Assembly (NCBI GenBank): GCA_038087875.1 | Contig: CM075985.1 | Location: 12,462,001-12,526,000, forward strand | Origin: Malacoraja senta | Lineage: Eukaryota | Length of the DNA: 64,000 nucleotides | Reading direction: 5' to 3' | Part shown: piece after piece, positions 28,301 to 40,200 of the stretch | How positions within the stretch are numbered: position 1 is the stretch's first letter | Layout of the letters: each line of letters starts with the position of its first letter | Position numbers and translations under genes: made by a program | Notes under the pieces: model-generated | What the model saw: only the letters and a program-made list of their open reading frames with translations | Told to the model about the DNA's origin: nothing | Databases searched by the model: none

Positions 28301-31300
28301 ACTTTAATTCCATGTTTCATGTATCTTGTGTGTTATGACTGTTGGCAGACCAATTTCCCTCCTGGGATAAATAAAGTTCTATCGCATCACTTTTCAGTCT
28401 TTCCCTATCAAGACAAGGAGACCCTAGGCATGCTCATTCTTTTGTTTTTCCTGGTATCATTCAAATACTTTCTCTGGTGCCATTTTGTTACCTATCAACC
28501 CCCACCTCCCCCCCCTCCCCCCAAATCTATGTACCTCACATCTACCAATTCCTCCAAAATAACCTCACATGTAACAACCACGTCCATCTCAATTCGCAGA
28601 AGTTTCACATAAAATCACTAATCCTCTCCACAGTTGGCTATCGCGGGCTCCTTGCTGCCAGCGAGTCAATCTCAAGAGGCAGCTAAGACCAGAGTTGGAT
28701 GGGAACCCCAAGGTAAAATGGATCACATGTACGGAGGTGGTCACTATACTGAGTGAATGACAATTAACAACAACAGAAGCGTAAAGAATACAAGCAGACA
28801 TTGTACATTTGGCCTTTTTGTAACAGTGGTTGTAGCCAACCATTCACTTCAGTAACCATTTAATAATTTGATCTCCACTGCTTACTGTGGCAGAGAATTT
28901 CTGCAGGTTCACCACCCTGGATTGCATACGATCAACTGCATCTTCCCTGTCAAATGAGAGATACCATTCCGGGAATCAGTTTAGTAAAACTTGGTTGCAC
29001 TCCCTCACCAGTTCCAAGCCGCACACTAAACACCAGATATGGTCTCCAAGCCCAGGGTAGCTGTCGCTAGACATCCCTGCCCCTGAACTGATGTAAATGT
29101 GCCACTTGGCTTCCTGGTTACTTATTTTCAGCAACTGATATGGCAGGACACTCAGTTCATATTGCATCTTCCAGTTTCATCCAATCTATCACCATTGTGG
29201 TAATAATCTCTATTCATTTTTTGGGGAACCTAAATAGATAATGTCAAACTTTATCTGCCAAACATTAGCCCAATCACAGAACTAGTCTAAGTCACAGTGG
29301 AGCCCTTTTTGCCTGCTACTCAGTCACCCCATCTCCCCCAGTCATACACAGACTTGAGGCAACTAAATGCAACATCTCTCATCTAAAGTCATTGAGTTAC
29401 ATTAAGATCCAAACAGCAAATCCCTGTGGTACTCCATTAGTCATTGCCCATGTTTATTCCTGCTCCATTTCCTGACAAACTCTCAATCTTCGTCAGACTA
29501 TTGACCTCAATCCCATGCACTTTAAATTTGTACACTAATCTTATCATTTTATCAAAAGCCTACTAAAAAATGAAATTGACCACTACCGGTCCTACCTTAA
29601 CTAATCTGTAAACTAAATTCTCATACAAAATTCCATTAAATTTGTTAAGCATGATTTCGCCTTCATAAACCCTTGCCAACTATGTCCAATCTTGTTAATG
29701 TTTTCCAAGTATTCTGCTGTTGTAACTGATGCCAGCACTTTCTCAACTGGCATTTACTTTTACTGGTCTGTAATTCCCTCTTTTTCCACTGCCTTTCCTT
29801 TCTTTTAAAAAGACCTCCACACTGCAGCAATTGCTCCAGTATAAAGAATTCTAGATGATGACCACTATTTCCAGGGCCATTTCCTTTAGTACTCTGGTAT
29901 GTAGATTATCAGGGCCTGGTAATCTATCATCTTTTAGTGCAAGTGAAATTAAACAGAAGTATTTCCTAACAAATACAGGCAGTGTCCAACTCCCTCTAGG
30001 GCTTGGTTTTCTCACCCATCTGTGAGGTTATCCGTGTCCTGTGTGGAGATAGAACCAAAGAATGCAGTTAATTGTTCTTCTACTTTGTTCCAAATATAAC
30101 TCCCCCCATTTCTGACAGCAGAACACCTACATTTGCCTTCACTGACCTTAATCTCTTCAAATAGTCAAAGCAGATTTTACAGTCCAGTTTTTATCACTTG
30201 TGCAAGCTTACTCCACTTCCCTTTCAAAACATACACGTTCTTTTTTGCAAGGAACATTAGCTTAGATTAGAGATACTGCACAGAAACGGGCCCTTTAGCC
30301 CACCAAGTACACTCTGATCAGCGATGCTCACATACTAACTCATACCGACACACACCATGACAATTAGCCTACAAACCTGTACATTTTTGGAGTGTGGGAG
30401 GAAACCGCAGCATCTAGAGAAAACCCACGAAGGTCACATGGGGAACGTACAAACTCCGTACGGACAGCACCCGGATCGAACCTGGGTCTCTGGCGCTGTA
30501 AGGCAGCAACTCTACTGCTGTGCCACGATGCGCCCATTCAGAATGAACGGTCTGCATATAATCACAGCAAGTCCAGTTTTCTTTCCCAAGATGTTGCCCA
30601 ACTTACTGACCATTCCCGACATGTTCTCTTACTTCACTGTTCAAACCCTGGATAAGACTGCAAACCTCCAGTGGTCTGGAATAATCAAAATGAATTGTGT
30701 GCAACAAAGCAGTAATCGATTAATGGCGCAACACAGCAGGAACTTCAGCACATTCACTAACAGAAGCATGGAAATTGAGCTTGTTCAGCCATGAGGTGAA
30801 TAGCAACAGTGATTCTGGAAAAAGGTGAATGTCAGACAGCAAATGGAGGAAGTTTCTCATTTTCAACAAAACAAAATCACAAAATTAATTAGACTGAATG
30901 GAAAGAATTTTTGGCATGGTGTTGAAATGATGTGGGAGGCACAAGGAGGTACAGAAGGATTAAAATCTCAGGGAGGAAGGGAACACCTAGCTGGAATTAA
31001 AACCGACACCAAAGGGAAAGAGCCAGGGGAAGAGCAACAGCCAGGAACCACAGGAAACCGCAACACTCTGGGATGGGGCCAGTCACCACAGGACCAGGCT
31101 ACAGCTCAGCCACTACTGGCACCAAAACCATTGGCAATGAAGGAGTACAAATCCACAGATAGACACAAAAAGCTGGAGTAACTCAGCGGGATAGGCAGCC
31201 TCTCTGGAGAGAAGGAATGGGCAACGTTTTGGGTCGAGACCTTTCTTCAGGACCACAGCCAGGTTGTTGTCTGGACCTGGTTATGCCAGCTAATTTGGCC

Positions 31301-34296
31301 TTTTTGACATTTAACAACTTAATTGACACTCCTGATGCAGTTGGCCATGCAGGAGTCTGTAACCCTCTAAAGTCTCCCATTTCACACTAAAGCTGCTTCA
31401 ATACAGGTGGGGCAGGCCGGGCCCTTGGGTATTTGACAGTCATGCAAACCCTACAGGCAGGCTCTTGCAAGGAGCGGCGCTGGGGGACAGCCGGGACATG
31501 GCATGCTGTCAGACTCCAAGGTTATCACTGACACATTCCTGCCAGCTGCCCGAGCAGCTGTATATAGCTCGAGCTCTGCACAGGGTGGGGGAAGGGGGCA
31601 AGGAGAGCGACTTGGGACAGGCGTGACTTTGCAAATGTGTGGGGAATATTCTGGAAGGGCAACCCGTTGAACCACAGCACCGCAAGACAGCTGGAGCCCG
31701 ACAGCTACCAACAGGAATGACTTCCTGAATGGATGTCTGGGTGGAGGGCGGGTGAAGGGGGAAATGAAAGGAAAATTGGAAACAAAAAGGACAGAAAACA
31801 AATTACTGCAGACTGAACCTTGTTATTTCACTGATCAAACTGATTCAAGGGGCCAAGTAAGTTCATGGCTGATCATTTGTTGCTGTCTCCTGGACAGGGG
31901 CCAAGACGGTTTTAACTCCAGACCAAGATTAAATGAGCAACCAAGACAAAGGGTTGAAGGTTGGGAGCTACTCCCCTTATATTCACAATTCAGAGATTGA
32001 AATATTGATCCAAAAGATGAATTTAGGTACAGTAAATGCAAGGATCACTTTCATGTGACAGGATACATGAACATGGAACACAGGATACATATCCTGTACA
32101 AAAATGTACAGGATATGTACATTTTTCTACCCCAAACACTAGGAGAAAAATCACTAATGTGTGGGCATGCAGATGAAAGCTTTCAGATCCCAATTGGTAA
32201 TTTCCAATTAGTGTAGGAGAGATTAAGGAGAGATACTGTAACAAGCACACCCACTAACTTCACAGTAGCACAAGAGCATGTGACTCATGCCAGGACTCAC
32301 TATCATCCCTTCTCGCAATTTAATCCCCTTAGACTCATCAGCTGCTACTAGTAACTATGAAACAAGAATGTGGAGGAAAACGGAAAACATTTTCCAACCA
32401 ACCCTGGCCTTACAACAACAACTTGCAGGTCGTAGCATCTTCAATGTAGCAAAGTTCCCCCAGGGATCTCCATAGGATCAGTTACCAGACAAAAACTGAC
32501 ATCATGCGACAGATGACAAAATGTTTGGTCAACGAGGTAGTAGTGGAGAGGTAGAGAGGTCGGGAACCAAATGACAAACTACAGAACGCCATGGTCCAGG
32601 TCAGTCTCACTGTCTGAGATGCTGTGGTGAAGATAAGAGTTATTGAAGTTTCCTTATCCACTCAAAAGTACTATAAATGGGGTTTTTTTTAAGACTGGCC
32701 CTTTCACATCCTTATAATGCCCAAACCACTTGCCAGCGACCATATTGAGGAAGTGATTTGTTGCATTTCAGGAAACACGGCAAGTAGTTTATCTGGAACA
32801 CAATTCCAACATCATTAATCGTGATCAATCATTTAATCACCTGCATCGGTGAAGATGGTTGAAATATAAGTATCAGTCAGAACACTGGGCAAAATCTCCA
32901 CTACTCTTGGGTTGGGGGACAATCTCATCTCCTGGGACTTGGGTTCAATTCTGACCTCAGGTGCTATCTGTGTGGGGTTTTCACATTCCCTCAATAACAA
33001 CATAGGTTTCATCCCGTGCTCCCACATCCCAAACACCTGCTGATACTACTACTACTCGCTACTGTGAGCTACCCCTCAGTGTACGTAAATAGCAAAAATA
33101 ACGTTAAAAAGTGTGTTTTGCAAGGCTAGGAATAGGAGGTAGAATTGCACTGTTGGGAGATGGTGTGGAATCAATAGGCTGAACCTGCTCCTGGGTCAGA
33201 ATGCAAGCACTTTTCCAACAGTGCTGTTGGATTTAACAATGCCCATGGATTCACAGCACAGCATCATCAGATGACCTTCTGGGTCAGGGCAATGGGTCCC
33301 TTTATCCACACACACTCATTGCCAAATTGCTAATTTTAGCTACAGCAGTACTAGCCGTTATAAGACATGATAAGATTCTGTATAAATAGAAATTTGTCCA
33401 GATTTAGTGTATTACGGAATTCAGAGAACGATCCAGGATAGAAGGCAGAAATTGGAAGCAGTTTGCCTCATTTCCTCCAAACAGTTCACGCCCTCCCTTC
33501 AAATCCCATTCGCTGCCAAAAGTTACAACAAAATAAGCTGCTTGCCCGGACCTTCCGGACTCCATCTCAGATCGTAAAAGTACATCTGAACCACGCTGGT
33601 GAACTTGTTCATCACCCCAACTGTGTCCCCAGTTACAAACCATTGTGCCGCTGGAGGAGATGTTTCTCCTTATTCTGCTGAAGCTATGGGTTCCCTCAAA
33701 GTATCGAAGGAACTGCCCCAGGAGTAGGCTGAAGGCAAGGGGGTTTAGTGTGGGTTCCCTGCTCCCCACAGGGTGAGCGTGTGGTCTTGGATCTGACACC
33801 TGGTTTGTCCCAGGCGCCCACTGTAAGCGAGACCCATTGTGAAGGCTGGGCGGGAGGGGATGGGAGAGGAGAGGGGGGGAGGGGGGGTATGGGCGGGGAA
33901 AGAGCGAGAGGAGGAGAACAAGGGGATCGATCACACGGCGGGGTACCTACCGATAGAGACTAGTTTAATCCTCTCTCGGTCTAGGAACTCCAGGGCCACC
34001 GAGACGTTCTCCAGCTTCATCTGACGGAAGTTGGGCCGCGAGTGGTACTTTCTGTACATCTTCTTCTGGCTGAGGACCTCGAGGAGCCCGATCAGCCTCA
34101 GGCCGTCGCCCAGGTCCTTCTGCAGGTCGCCGATGCGCTTGTTCATACACTTGAGGTGCTCGTTGCACCAACGGGTGAAGGTGTTCTGCTGGATCTTCTT
34201 CCAGGGCGCGTCCTCCGCCAGGTCCTTCTCGGTTGCCGGCATCTCGCCGTCGTCCTGCCCGTTGGCGGCAAGTCCTTGTTGATCCATGGAAGTCAT
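1211..34296 (-). CDS. FLNC: Filamin-C, 5' part (coding exons 1-22; gene continues past the left edge)
   Basis: 22 exons with AG/GT boundaries. Sizes match the recalled vertebrate filamin structure (249, 98, ~148, 119, 78, 163, 201, 138, 127, 137, 194, 114, 144, 124, 161, 91, 170, 118, 263, 598, 174) except exons 4, 13, 21 and 22 (see findings). FLNC-type peptides: [57 protein letters not shown]. Neighbouring CCDC136 supports FLNC over FLNA/FLNB. Confidence 0.93.
1809..2405 (-). CDS. FLNC: FLNC exon 21 (1-nt deletion)
   Basis: 597 nt versus 598 expected; [11 protein letters not shown]...GAG[T][17 protein letters not shown]...GPGVEPR. Confidence 0.9.
3415..3677 (-). CDS. FLNC: FLNC exon 20
   Basis: 263 nt, [21 protein letters not shown]...PPDPTK. 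Confidence 0.93.
4316..4433 (-). CDS. FLNC: FLNC exon 19
   Basis: 118 nt, [19 protein letters not shown]...VQGLNN. Confidence 0.93.
4698..4867 (-). CDS. FLNC: FLNC exon 18
   Basis: 170 nt, [11 protein letters not shown]...VKYTAVQQ. Confidence 0.93.
5361..5451 (-). CDS. FLNC: FLNC exon 17
   Basis: 91 nt, [30 protein letters not shown]. Confidence 0.92.
7040..7200 (-). CDS. FLNC: FLNC exon 16
   Basis: 161 nt, [32 protein letters not shown]...FADQ. Confidence 0.93.
7605..8110 (+). mobile_element. Rex1/L2-type LINE 3' fragment
   Basis: LQRVVDAAQ...DHSHP...TTRFMKSF. Confidence 0.6.
8323..8446 (-). CDS. FLNC: FLNC exon 15
   Basis: 124 nt, [41 protein letters not shown]. Confidence 0.93.
8916..9059 (-). 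CDS. FLNC: FLNC exon 14
   Basis: 144 nt, [10 protein letters not shown]...NVPNSPFR. Confidence 0.92.
9279..9391 (-). CDS. FLNC: FLNC exon 13 (1-nt deletion)
   Basis: 113 nt versus 114 expected; VKAFG[P][32 protein letters not shown]. Confidence 0.88.
10268..10461 (-). CDS. FLNC: FLNC exon 12
   Basis: 194 nt, [31 protein letters not shown]...FPEK. Confidence 0.93.
10719..10855 (-). CDS. FLNC: FLNC exon 11
   Basis: 137 nt, [23 protein letters not shown]...EVGTL. Confidence 0.93.
11184..11310 (-). CDS. FLNC: FLNC exon 10
   Basis: 127 nt, [10 protein letters not shown]...[10 protein letters not shown]. Confidence 0.93.
11698..11835 (-). CDS. FLNC: FLNC exon 9
   Basis: 138 nt, [23 protein letters not shown]...KGP. 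Confidence 0.93.
12663..12788 (-). CDS. FLNC: Putative FLNC cassette exon '8a', proline-rich 42-aa insert
   Basis: Polypyrimidine tract plus CTGACCTCAG acceptor; C|GTTAGT donor; 126 nt, phase 1-1, open in the FLNC frame: (G)[41 protein letters not shown]. Confidence 0.75.
14597..14797 (-). CDS. FLNC: FLNC exon 8
   Basis: 201 nt, [18 protein letters not shown]...[10 protein letters not shown]. Confidence 0.93.
15325..15487 (-). CDS. FLNC: FLNC exon 7
   Basis: 163 nt, [15 protein letters not shown]...PTYFDIYTA. Confidence 0.93.
16182..16259 (-). CDS. FLNC: FLNC exon 6
   Basis: 78 nt, [26 protein letters not shown]; TAG / GTAAGT. Confidence 0.92.
16813..16931 (-). CDS. FLNC: FLNC exon 5
   Basis: 119 nt, [18 protein letters not shown]...GHTEE. 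Confidence 0.93.
17465..17606 (-). CDS. FLNC: FLNC exon 4 (3' end and donor missing in this sequence)
   Basis: [47 protein letters not shown]. The expected GP-G and GT donor are absent, so the low coordinate is approximate. Confidence 0.85.
17841..17938 (-). CDS. FLNC: FLNC exon 3
   Basis: 98 nt, [32 protein letters not shown]; CAG / GTGAG. Confidence 0.93.
18674..18922 (-). CDS. FLNC: FLNC exon 2
   Basis: 249 nt, [24 protein letters not shown]...DNCAP; CAG acceptor, G|GTAAG donor. Confidence 0.95.
19290..20240 (+). mobile_element. Highly decayed CR1 LINE
   Basis: Residual similarity to CR1 RT (CAACATGGATTTATGAAA) and to the 3' end. Confidence 0.55.
21785..22050 (+). mobile_element. tRNA-derived V-SINE (HE1-like)
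   Basis: A box TGGTGCAGCCAGT, B box GGTTCGATCC, V-domain TGGAGTTTGTACATTCTCCC...TTCCTCCCACAT, CR1-like tail. Confidence 0.75.
22790..25170 (+). mobile_element. CR1-clade LINE (HER1-like), 5'-truncated, disrupted ORF2
   Basis: [57 protein letters not shown]; 3' UTR ending GGCCTACTCCTGCACCTATT. Confidence 0.93.
25229..25497. repeat. Fold-back / MITE-like inverted repeat (~70-bp arms)
   Basis: AAACTCACTGGGTTGAACAAACAG...CAGCACATG at 25230-25299 is mirrored at 25426-25497. Confidence 0.75.
26472..26730 (-). mobile_element. CR1 3'-end fragment
   Basis: Reverse complement of the CR1 3' UTR; tail reads CATAGAAA on the plus strand. Confidence 0.8.
27567..28000 (-). mobile_element. CR1 3'-end fragment
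   Basis: Reverse complement of the CR1 ORF2 end and 3' UTR, with (CATAGAAA)n tail. Confidence 0.82.
28075..28384 (+). mobile_element. Rex1-type LINE 3' fragment
   Basis: [13 protein letters not shown]...RRSFF; ends GGGATAAATAAAGTTCTATC. Confidence 0.65.
30265..30532 (-). mobile_element. V-SINE (HE1-like)
   Basis: Reverse complement of the same A box, B box and V domain. Confidence 0.75.
32930..33200 (+). mobile_element. Decayed V-SINE
   Basis: GGGTTCAATTCTGACC...TCCCACATCCCAAA. Confidence 0.5.
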
Positions 34297-34700
34297 GGCC
34301 GGGATGTGGCGGCGCTCAAACTTTGCTCAAACTTTGCGCGGGTCGGTGCACAAGCCGCGAGTCCGCGTTTGCCTCTGCCCCCAAACACCAAGCTGTGGTC
34401 CACTCCGCCCGAAGGCTGTTCTCCTCGGCTCCCTCTCGCCGAATGATCGCGCTCCCAGCCCAGCCGCACTTTTTAATCAGTGACGGCTGCTCCGAGTTCA
34501 CGTCAGAGCCCAGGATCGCCAGGAATCCCGAGGCCATGTCCATATAAACCCCGCACCGAATCAAGTGTTCGCGGCCCGCGGCGACCGCCCCTCCCCGCCC
34601 CCGGGGCTAATCATAGCCACCCGCTCATTGCGCAGCGCCGCTCACTCCGGCCTTATTTTTAGAACAGCAAACGACTCGAGGGCACGAATGGGTTAATCAG
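33880..34700 (-). promoter_or_regulatory. FLNC CpG-island promoter with MEF2 site, GC box and TATA-like element
   Basis: Markedly CpG-rich compared with the rest of the window. YTAWWWWTAR match TTATTTTTAG at 34653-34662; CCCCGCCC at ~34593-34600; CRE half-sites at ~34481-34505; minus-strand GATTAAAAAG at ~34469-34478. Confidence 0.7.
33951..34296 (-). CDS. FLNC: FLNC exon 1 (CH1)
   Basis: MTSMD...[32 protein letters not shown]...IKLVSI; donor G|GTAGGT; 346 nt, phase 1. Confidence 0.95.
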
Positions 34701-34848
34701 GTTCCTGCCTGGGTGTTCATCGATGAACTTTGCAGTAAAGGGAGAGGGAGAGGGGGAGGGGGAGAGGGGAGAGGGGGCTGTCCTGGTCCCCTCCCAGTTT
34801 ATTCTGTGGTTGAATTAACATCCAGCCACCCAAATGGGTTAACTTTTC

Positions 34849-35082
34849 GTGTTTAAGAAGGAACTGCAGATGCTGGAAAATCGAAGGTACACAAAAATGC
34901 TGGAGAAACTCAGCGGGTGCAGCAGCATCTATGGAGCGAAGGAGATAGGCAACGTTTCGGGCCGAAACCCCTCTTCAGAAACCCAGTCTGAAGAAGGGTT
35001 TCAGCCCGAAACGTTGCCTATCTCTTTCGCTCCATAGATGCTGCTGCACCCGCTGAGTTTCTCCAGCATTTTTGTGTACCTT
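34849..35082. mobile_element. Palindromic Penelope-type terminal-repeat element with hammerhead-like cores
   Basis: 96-bp inverted arms (34884-34979 / 34987-35082) with 3 mismatches; flanking direct repeat GGGTTAACYTTTC; CTGAAGA-stem-GAAAC-GTT in each arm. Confidence 0.8.
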
Positions 35083-36189
35083 GGGTTAACCTTTCCTCGT
35101 TAGGATGGTCTGTCAGCCTACACCACTCCCAGTGCATGAAGGGGTTAATTCACTAATCTTCAATTTACTTCCCCCGCCTTTGCCCCAAATCCACTCTTTC
35201 AAGTATTAACCTGTACCTCCCATTCAGTAGGTCAACTCCCCTGGAGAAGGGGCTCAAATGTTTTCATCGTATTTAAGATAAACGCTGCAGGAAAAGGTGT
35301 TGGTTACCCCTCCCCTCTTCCCCTGTATTCAATGGATTAATAATCCAGATTAGGGCAAATCTGCTTCACTTCCACCTCTATTCAAGTTAATCCTCGGAGG
35401 GTGAAATTAACCAATACTTCTGTCCCGCCGAATAGATAAATGCCCCTGAACATAATTCTCCCCATTTCTCTCTCTCTCTCTCTTCTCCCCCCCCCCCATT
35501 TCTCATTTCCTATTCTACAGATGTGGTTGGATTCCTGCAACAAAAAGCGACAGTATGGAAATCCAAAGGGAGCACCAAACACACTGAGCTCAGCTGCTAT
35601 TTCTGAATATCTTAGGACCAGTATTAAAATAAGAGACTAATTTTTACTCATTTATTTCTGCACCTCCTGCCTCCTTACAAGAATAGCTGTACGCATGTCC
35701 TCATTGATCACATTTAGCACAAGGCATCATTGCCAGGGGCTGGGCATCATCACTCAGCAATGTAACAACCCATTATCGAACGCTCCAGCAACACTGCCTT
35801 TCACTTTAATAAAGTAATTAAATATGTTTTTCTTCATACCTTAAAGGTGCCTCACAAGGCATCAGCTTCTGAATTAGTTGGGTGACCCGTGTGTGACATT
35901 CCTCATAGACCAATGCTGGGGTTTCTACTCATCTCCATTGCTCCTCTGGTCCCTGTTCAGGATCTGACTCGCATTTCCTATGCCAGATCTTTCTAACCTG
36001 TCTCCAAGACAGTAAATCTTTATGTTTGGACTAAGATCCGAGAACGGATGCTTCTCTCACATGTTTACCTGTTCTCTGATTTCTCACTATCACCTGCCTA
36101 TTAGCTCAGCAAAGTGACTGCTGTGTCTGTATGTGAGCACCTTGGGATAGTGACCATAATACTATTAGTTTTTAAATAGTTATGAGGAC

Positions 36190-37275
36190 AGATAGAACTG
36201 GTCCACAGGTTAAGGTCCTACATAGGGGCAGGTCAATTTTTGAGGCATTCAGCAGGAGCTTCCAGAAGTCCGTTGAATGAGACTGTTTGCAGGGAAAGCG
36301 ATGTCTGGTAAATGGGAGGATTTTAAAAGCGAAATAGCAATATTCATGGACAGCATGTTTGTGTTATGGTGAAAAGCAAGACGCATGTTTACGGAAATCT
36401 GGTGAGAGATATTGAGGCTCCAGTCAGGAGAAAAAATGCCTGTTTTTGGGCATCTGGATCAAGCACATCCCTCGACGAGTACACGTGTGAGAGTACATTT
36501 AAAATGGAAATCAGGAAGGCAAAAAAGGGCAAGGTAAAATAAAATCCCAAGTGATTCTTCAGGTATATTAGGAGTAAAACAGTAGCTGGGGAGAAATAGA
36601 TCCCCTTAAAGATCAGCTTGGTCATCTATGTGTAGAGTCACAGGAGATGGATGAGATTTTTTATAAGTAATTCTTAACGGTTTTTACTGTGGAATAGATC
36701 GGTCAGGGTACAAGAAGTTGGAAAGTTATGTTGCAGTTGTACAAGATATTGGTGAGGTCACATTTGGAGTATTGTGTACAGTTGTGGTTACCTTGCTATT
36801 CGAAAGATGCCATTAAGCTGGAAAGAGAGCAAAGAAGATTTACGAGAATATTGCCAGGACTCGAAGGCTTGTATTATAATGAGAAGTTGAGTAAGCTAGG
36901 AATTTATTTCTTGGAGCATATGAAACTGAAGGGTAACTTTATAGAGATGTGTAAAATCATGATGGACATAGATAAGATGAATCCACACAGTCTTTTTCCC
37001 AGGGAAAGGAAATCAAAAACTAGATGTCATTGGTTTAGGATGAAAGGGGACAGACTTATAAGAAGCAACATCTTCACTCAGAGGGTGATTCATATATTGG
37101 AACAAGCTGCCAGAGGAAGTGGTTGACGCAGGTACAATAACATCTAAAAAACATTTGGAAGGTTCAAGGTTTAGAGGGGTATGGGTGAAACATGAGCAAA
37201 TGAAACTAGCTTAGATGAGCCTCTAGGTCCACGTGGATAAGTTGAAGGGCCTGTTTCTGTGTTGTATACTCCATG
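36190..37275 (+). mobile_element. Degenerate CR1 LINE
   Basis: LQLYKILVRSHLEYCVQLW...RFTRILPGL. Confidence 0.75.
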
Positions 37276-40200
37276 TCCTTTCAGAATTAAACTCCTTTGA
37301 TTATAGGATCACTATTCTCAGATATTATCAGGTTGAATTTCCTTGATTATCCAGGAGTAATGGATCCTCAATGTCCTTCATGACACAGAAATATGAATCA
37401 TTTGATCAATTTCAAATATATTTAATATTAAAACATTGATAAGCCAAATACATTCCACAGCTCCAACAATAAATGAACAGAGCCTTATTATCTGATAACA
37501 AAGTACAGCAGCAGTGAGACATTGCTAAGGGGCCAGAACCTTTGTACCTCATCTCTGGTTGATATTTGTAGACTCTCTATACCATCCATGCAATTCATGT
37601 TGCCTTGGTATCCTACATCTATGGGTGGATTAGGGAGAATGGATACAACCCTGCCAAGAGCCAAATTTTCGGGAATTTAAGCTCAGAGGTGAGCAGAACT
37701 TGTGGGTCCCATCTCTAGGGAATCCTGGGTTAGCTGGGTCCCATCTCTGAGGTGCGGACAGGAATCCAATTGACCTCAACTATGATCTTGTGAAGAAGAA
37801 GGCAGGGATGTACAGGACTCAAGGAGAATTTGTCTCTGATGCATGCAAGACGAGGTTCAAAGATCCCATCTGGCCTGGATCATCTCAATAATGGTTAGGT
37901 CATTATGAAACCTCATCACTGGGGGAGACACAAAAACATATTTTCTCCTGGGATTCGGGATTCTGCTGGACCCCATCACTGGACCGTTTTACTTTACAAG
38001 ACCCTATGTCTCAAGGGCCCGGACAGTCAAGAAATCCTATGCTTGAGGAACAGAGCAGCAGGATCTCCTGGTCTCCATTTCTGGTGTGTGAGAGGTCAGT
38101 ATTCCCCAGAGACTTGATGAGGAACCACTGCTGCACTGGACCACATCTGCAGACAGAGGTAGGGACTGGAGTCCTGTATTCCCAAGGACCCATCACAAGC
38201 CTCCCTGGAACTTCATCTCTTCCTGACAATTGGGTTTCAAGTACAGATGGTGCAGTTTGCTCCCAACCAATGTAATTTCCTGCATGACAGCAGATCACAG
38301 ATTACTATCATCTTTGTGGCAAGCTTGGCCCCAAGAAAGCAATAAAGGGAAATCTGTGCATCTAAAGGTATCCTTCAGTTCTGGCCGAAAGGGTGTGAGG
38401 CTAGGTGCACAGGTTAATGTTAACACATGAAAGTGAAAACAAAGGTGGAAAGAAGGCAAGCCGGTGCTGGACACAGCTAATCTTCTCATTCCTCCCTTAG
38501 TTCGATCCACTCCCAGAGCAGCTGACCAAGAGTATGTCTATAAATGAGTAAAGGGCTCATCTGATAATGCCACAAGGGCGTGCAATGTAAAGAAAAAAGA
38601 CCCTCAAATGCAGGTCCTCAATCCAATAATTCACTTTACAAGAAAATTGTTTCTTACTTACATTCAGTACCAATGAAATTACCAGCAGAAATAGTTATAC
38701 AACATTTATAACCATGAGACAGATGGCAGCTGGGTGAGTCAGTGATCAGAGGCAAAGAATGAACATCAATCATCTTGAACCTGCTCCATCCCTGCACCCC
38801 TCCTAAATCTCTACATTCCCCCAGTCCCAATTGTTTTGACCATATTATTAATCGCAGCCATAATCTACAGTACTTGGCCGCAATCTCTGGAATTTGTTCC
38901 TCTACCTATTTCTGTAAGACAACCCTTAAAACAACTTATTTGATCAATCTTTTAAACTTCTATTTTCTTATTCAAGCAGCTTGTAATCAAACATTTGTTT
39001 GATAATGCTCCTGCAAAGTGCCAAGGGATATTCTACTACTTTAAAGACACTATATTAAAGCAGGCATTTGTAGATGTCTATGCTCAAGCATTGGATCAAA
39101 TATCAAGCAGACTTTAGAGGTATATTTTATTAGTTTTCAAAAACTACGTTTTTCCAAAATGTAAGTAGTTCAACATAAACTGAGTGTTGCCATTCCTTAT
39201 TTCTGTGGCACAGTAGAACCAGAAACATGGGATCAACAAAACACACATCCATTAATTGAAATTTACAGCACAAGCTGGTATTCCATGTCAGTATCAGCTT
39301 CCTAGAGCAAACCCAACCTAATCTTTTGCTCTTTCCACCTCCCTATCGTCCTTTATTAATTTAAAATTAATCCCACTGCCTCATTCTCGTCACTGCCTTC
39401 TATCATCCCAAACTAATCCCATTATCCTGCTCTTTCCCCAAAATCCTTCATCAAAGTAATACAAATCCTATTATTCTACACTCAATATTGTCTCATATCC
39501 ATCCCTGTGGTCTATCCTGTCACTATAATCGTGTCTCAATTCCAAGTTCGTTAAACTGTCTCGGTGAATTCATCATCCTTGATTCCAAATTATTCTTACG
39601 GACTCTCCACAGTCTCATATCAACCCAAAGTACTTGCTGTATTCTACTCTTTTGTTTATCCAATATCAACACCACTATCCCACCATCTCACCCCTCACTC
39701 TCTCCATAATGCCCAACCAAACTGAGCAGAACACAGGTGTTGCCAGGAAAACAACAAGTACATGTCTGGAACGTCAGCTCACTTCCTCTCCAGATATTGA
39801 GCTCAAGAATTCCATTCTGAAAGATGAATAGATCCAGACCACCAGTGATTGCAGAGTCATTGGGCAATTTAAGGCATCTCTTGCATTTGGGAACAGAAGC
39901 GGTGCTCAGGAACTGAACAATTAACAGCATTCTTCTTCACTGCCTAACAGGCTTTAAGCTACTATCTAATAATTTAACAGATCAAGATGTAAAATTGGAA
40001 GTGAACTTCATAATGTTGGAAGCAAATTTCACAATGTCACCCCGAATGAATGCTGGCAACTGGTGTGAGCAAAAGATAAAAGTGATATCTATCTGAATAG
40101 TGACGTGCTCGATTGTCTAACATTCCCCAAGCAACCACATTCCCACCTCCAACTCTACTTGAAGACAACTTACCAGGATAGCACCTGGATAGAAAATTAA

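Noticed and set aside
1211-34296. Programmed frameshifting, or assignment to FLNA/FLNB
   Set aside because: No slippery-site pattern at the indels; diagnostic residues and CCDC136 synteny favour FLNC.
37480-38560. Possible LTR-element or other remnant
   Set aside because: No motif recognisable by eye; a database search is needed.
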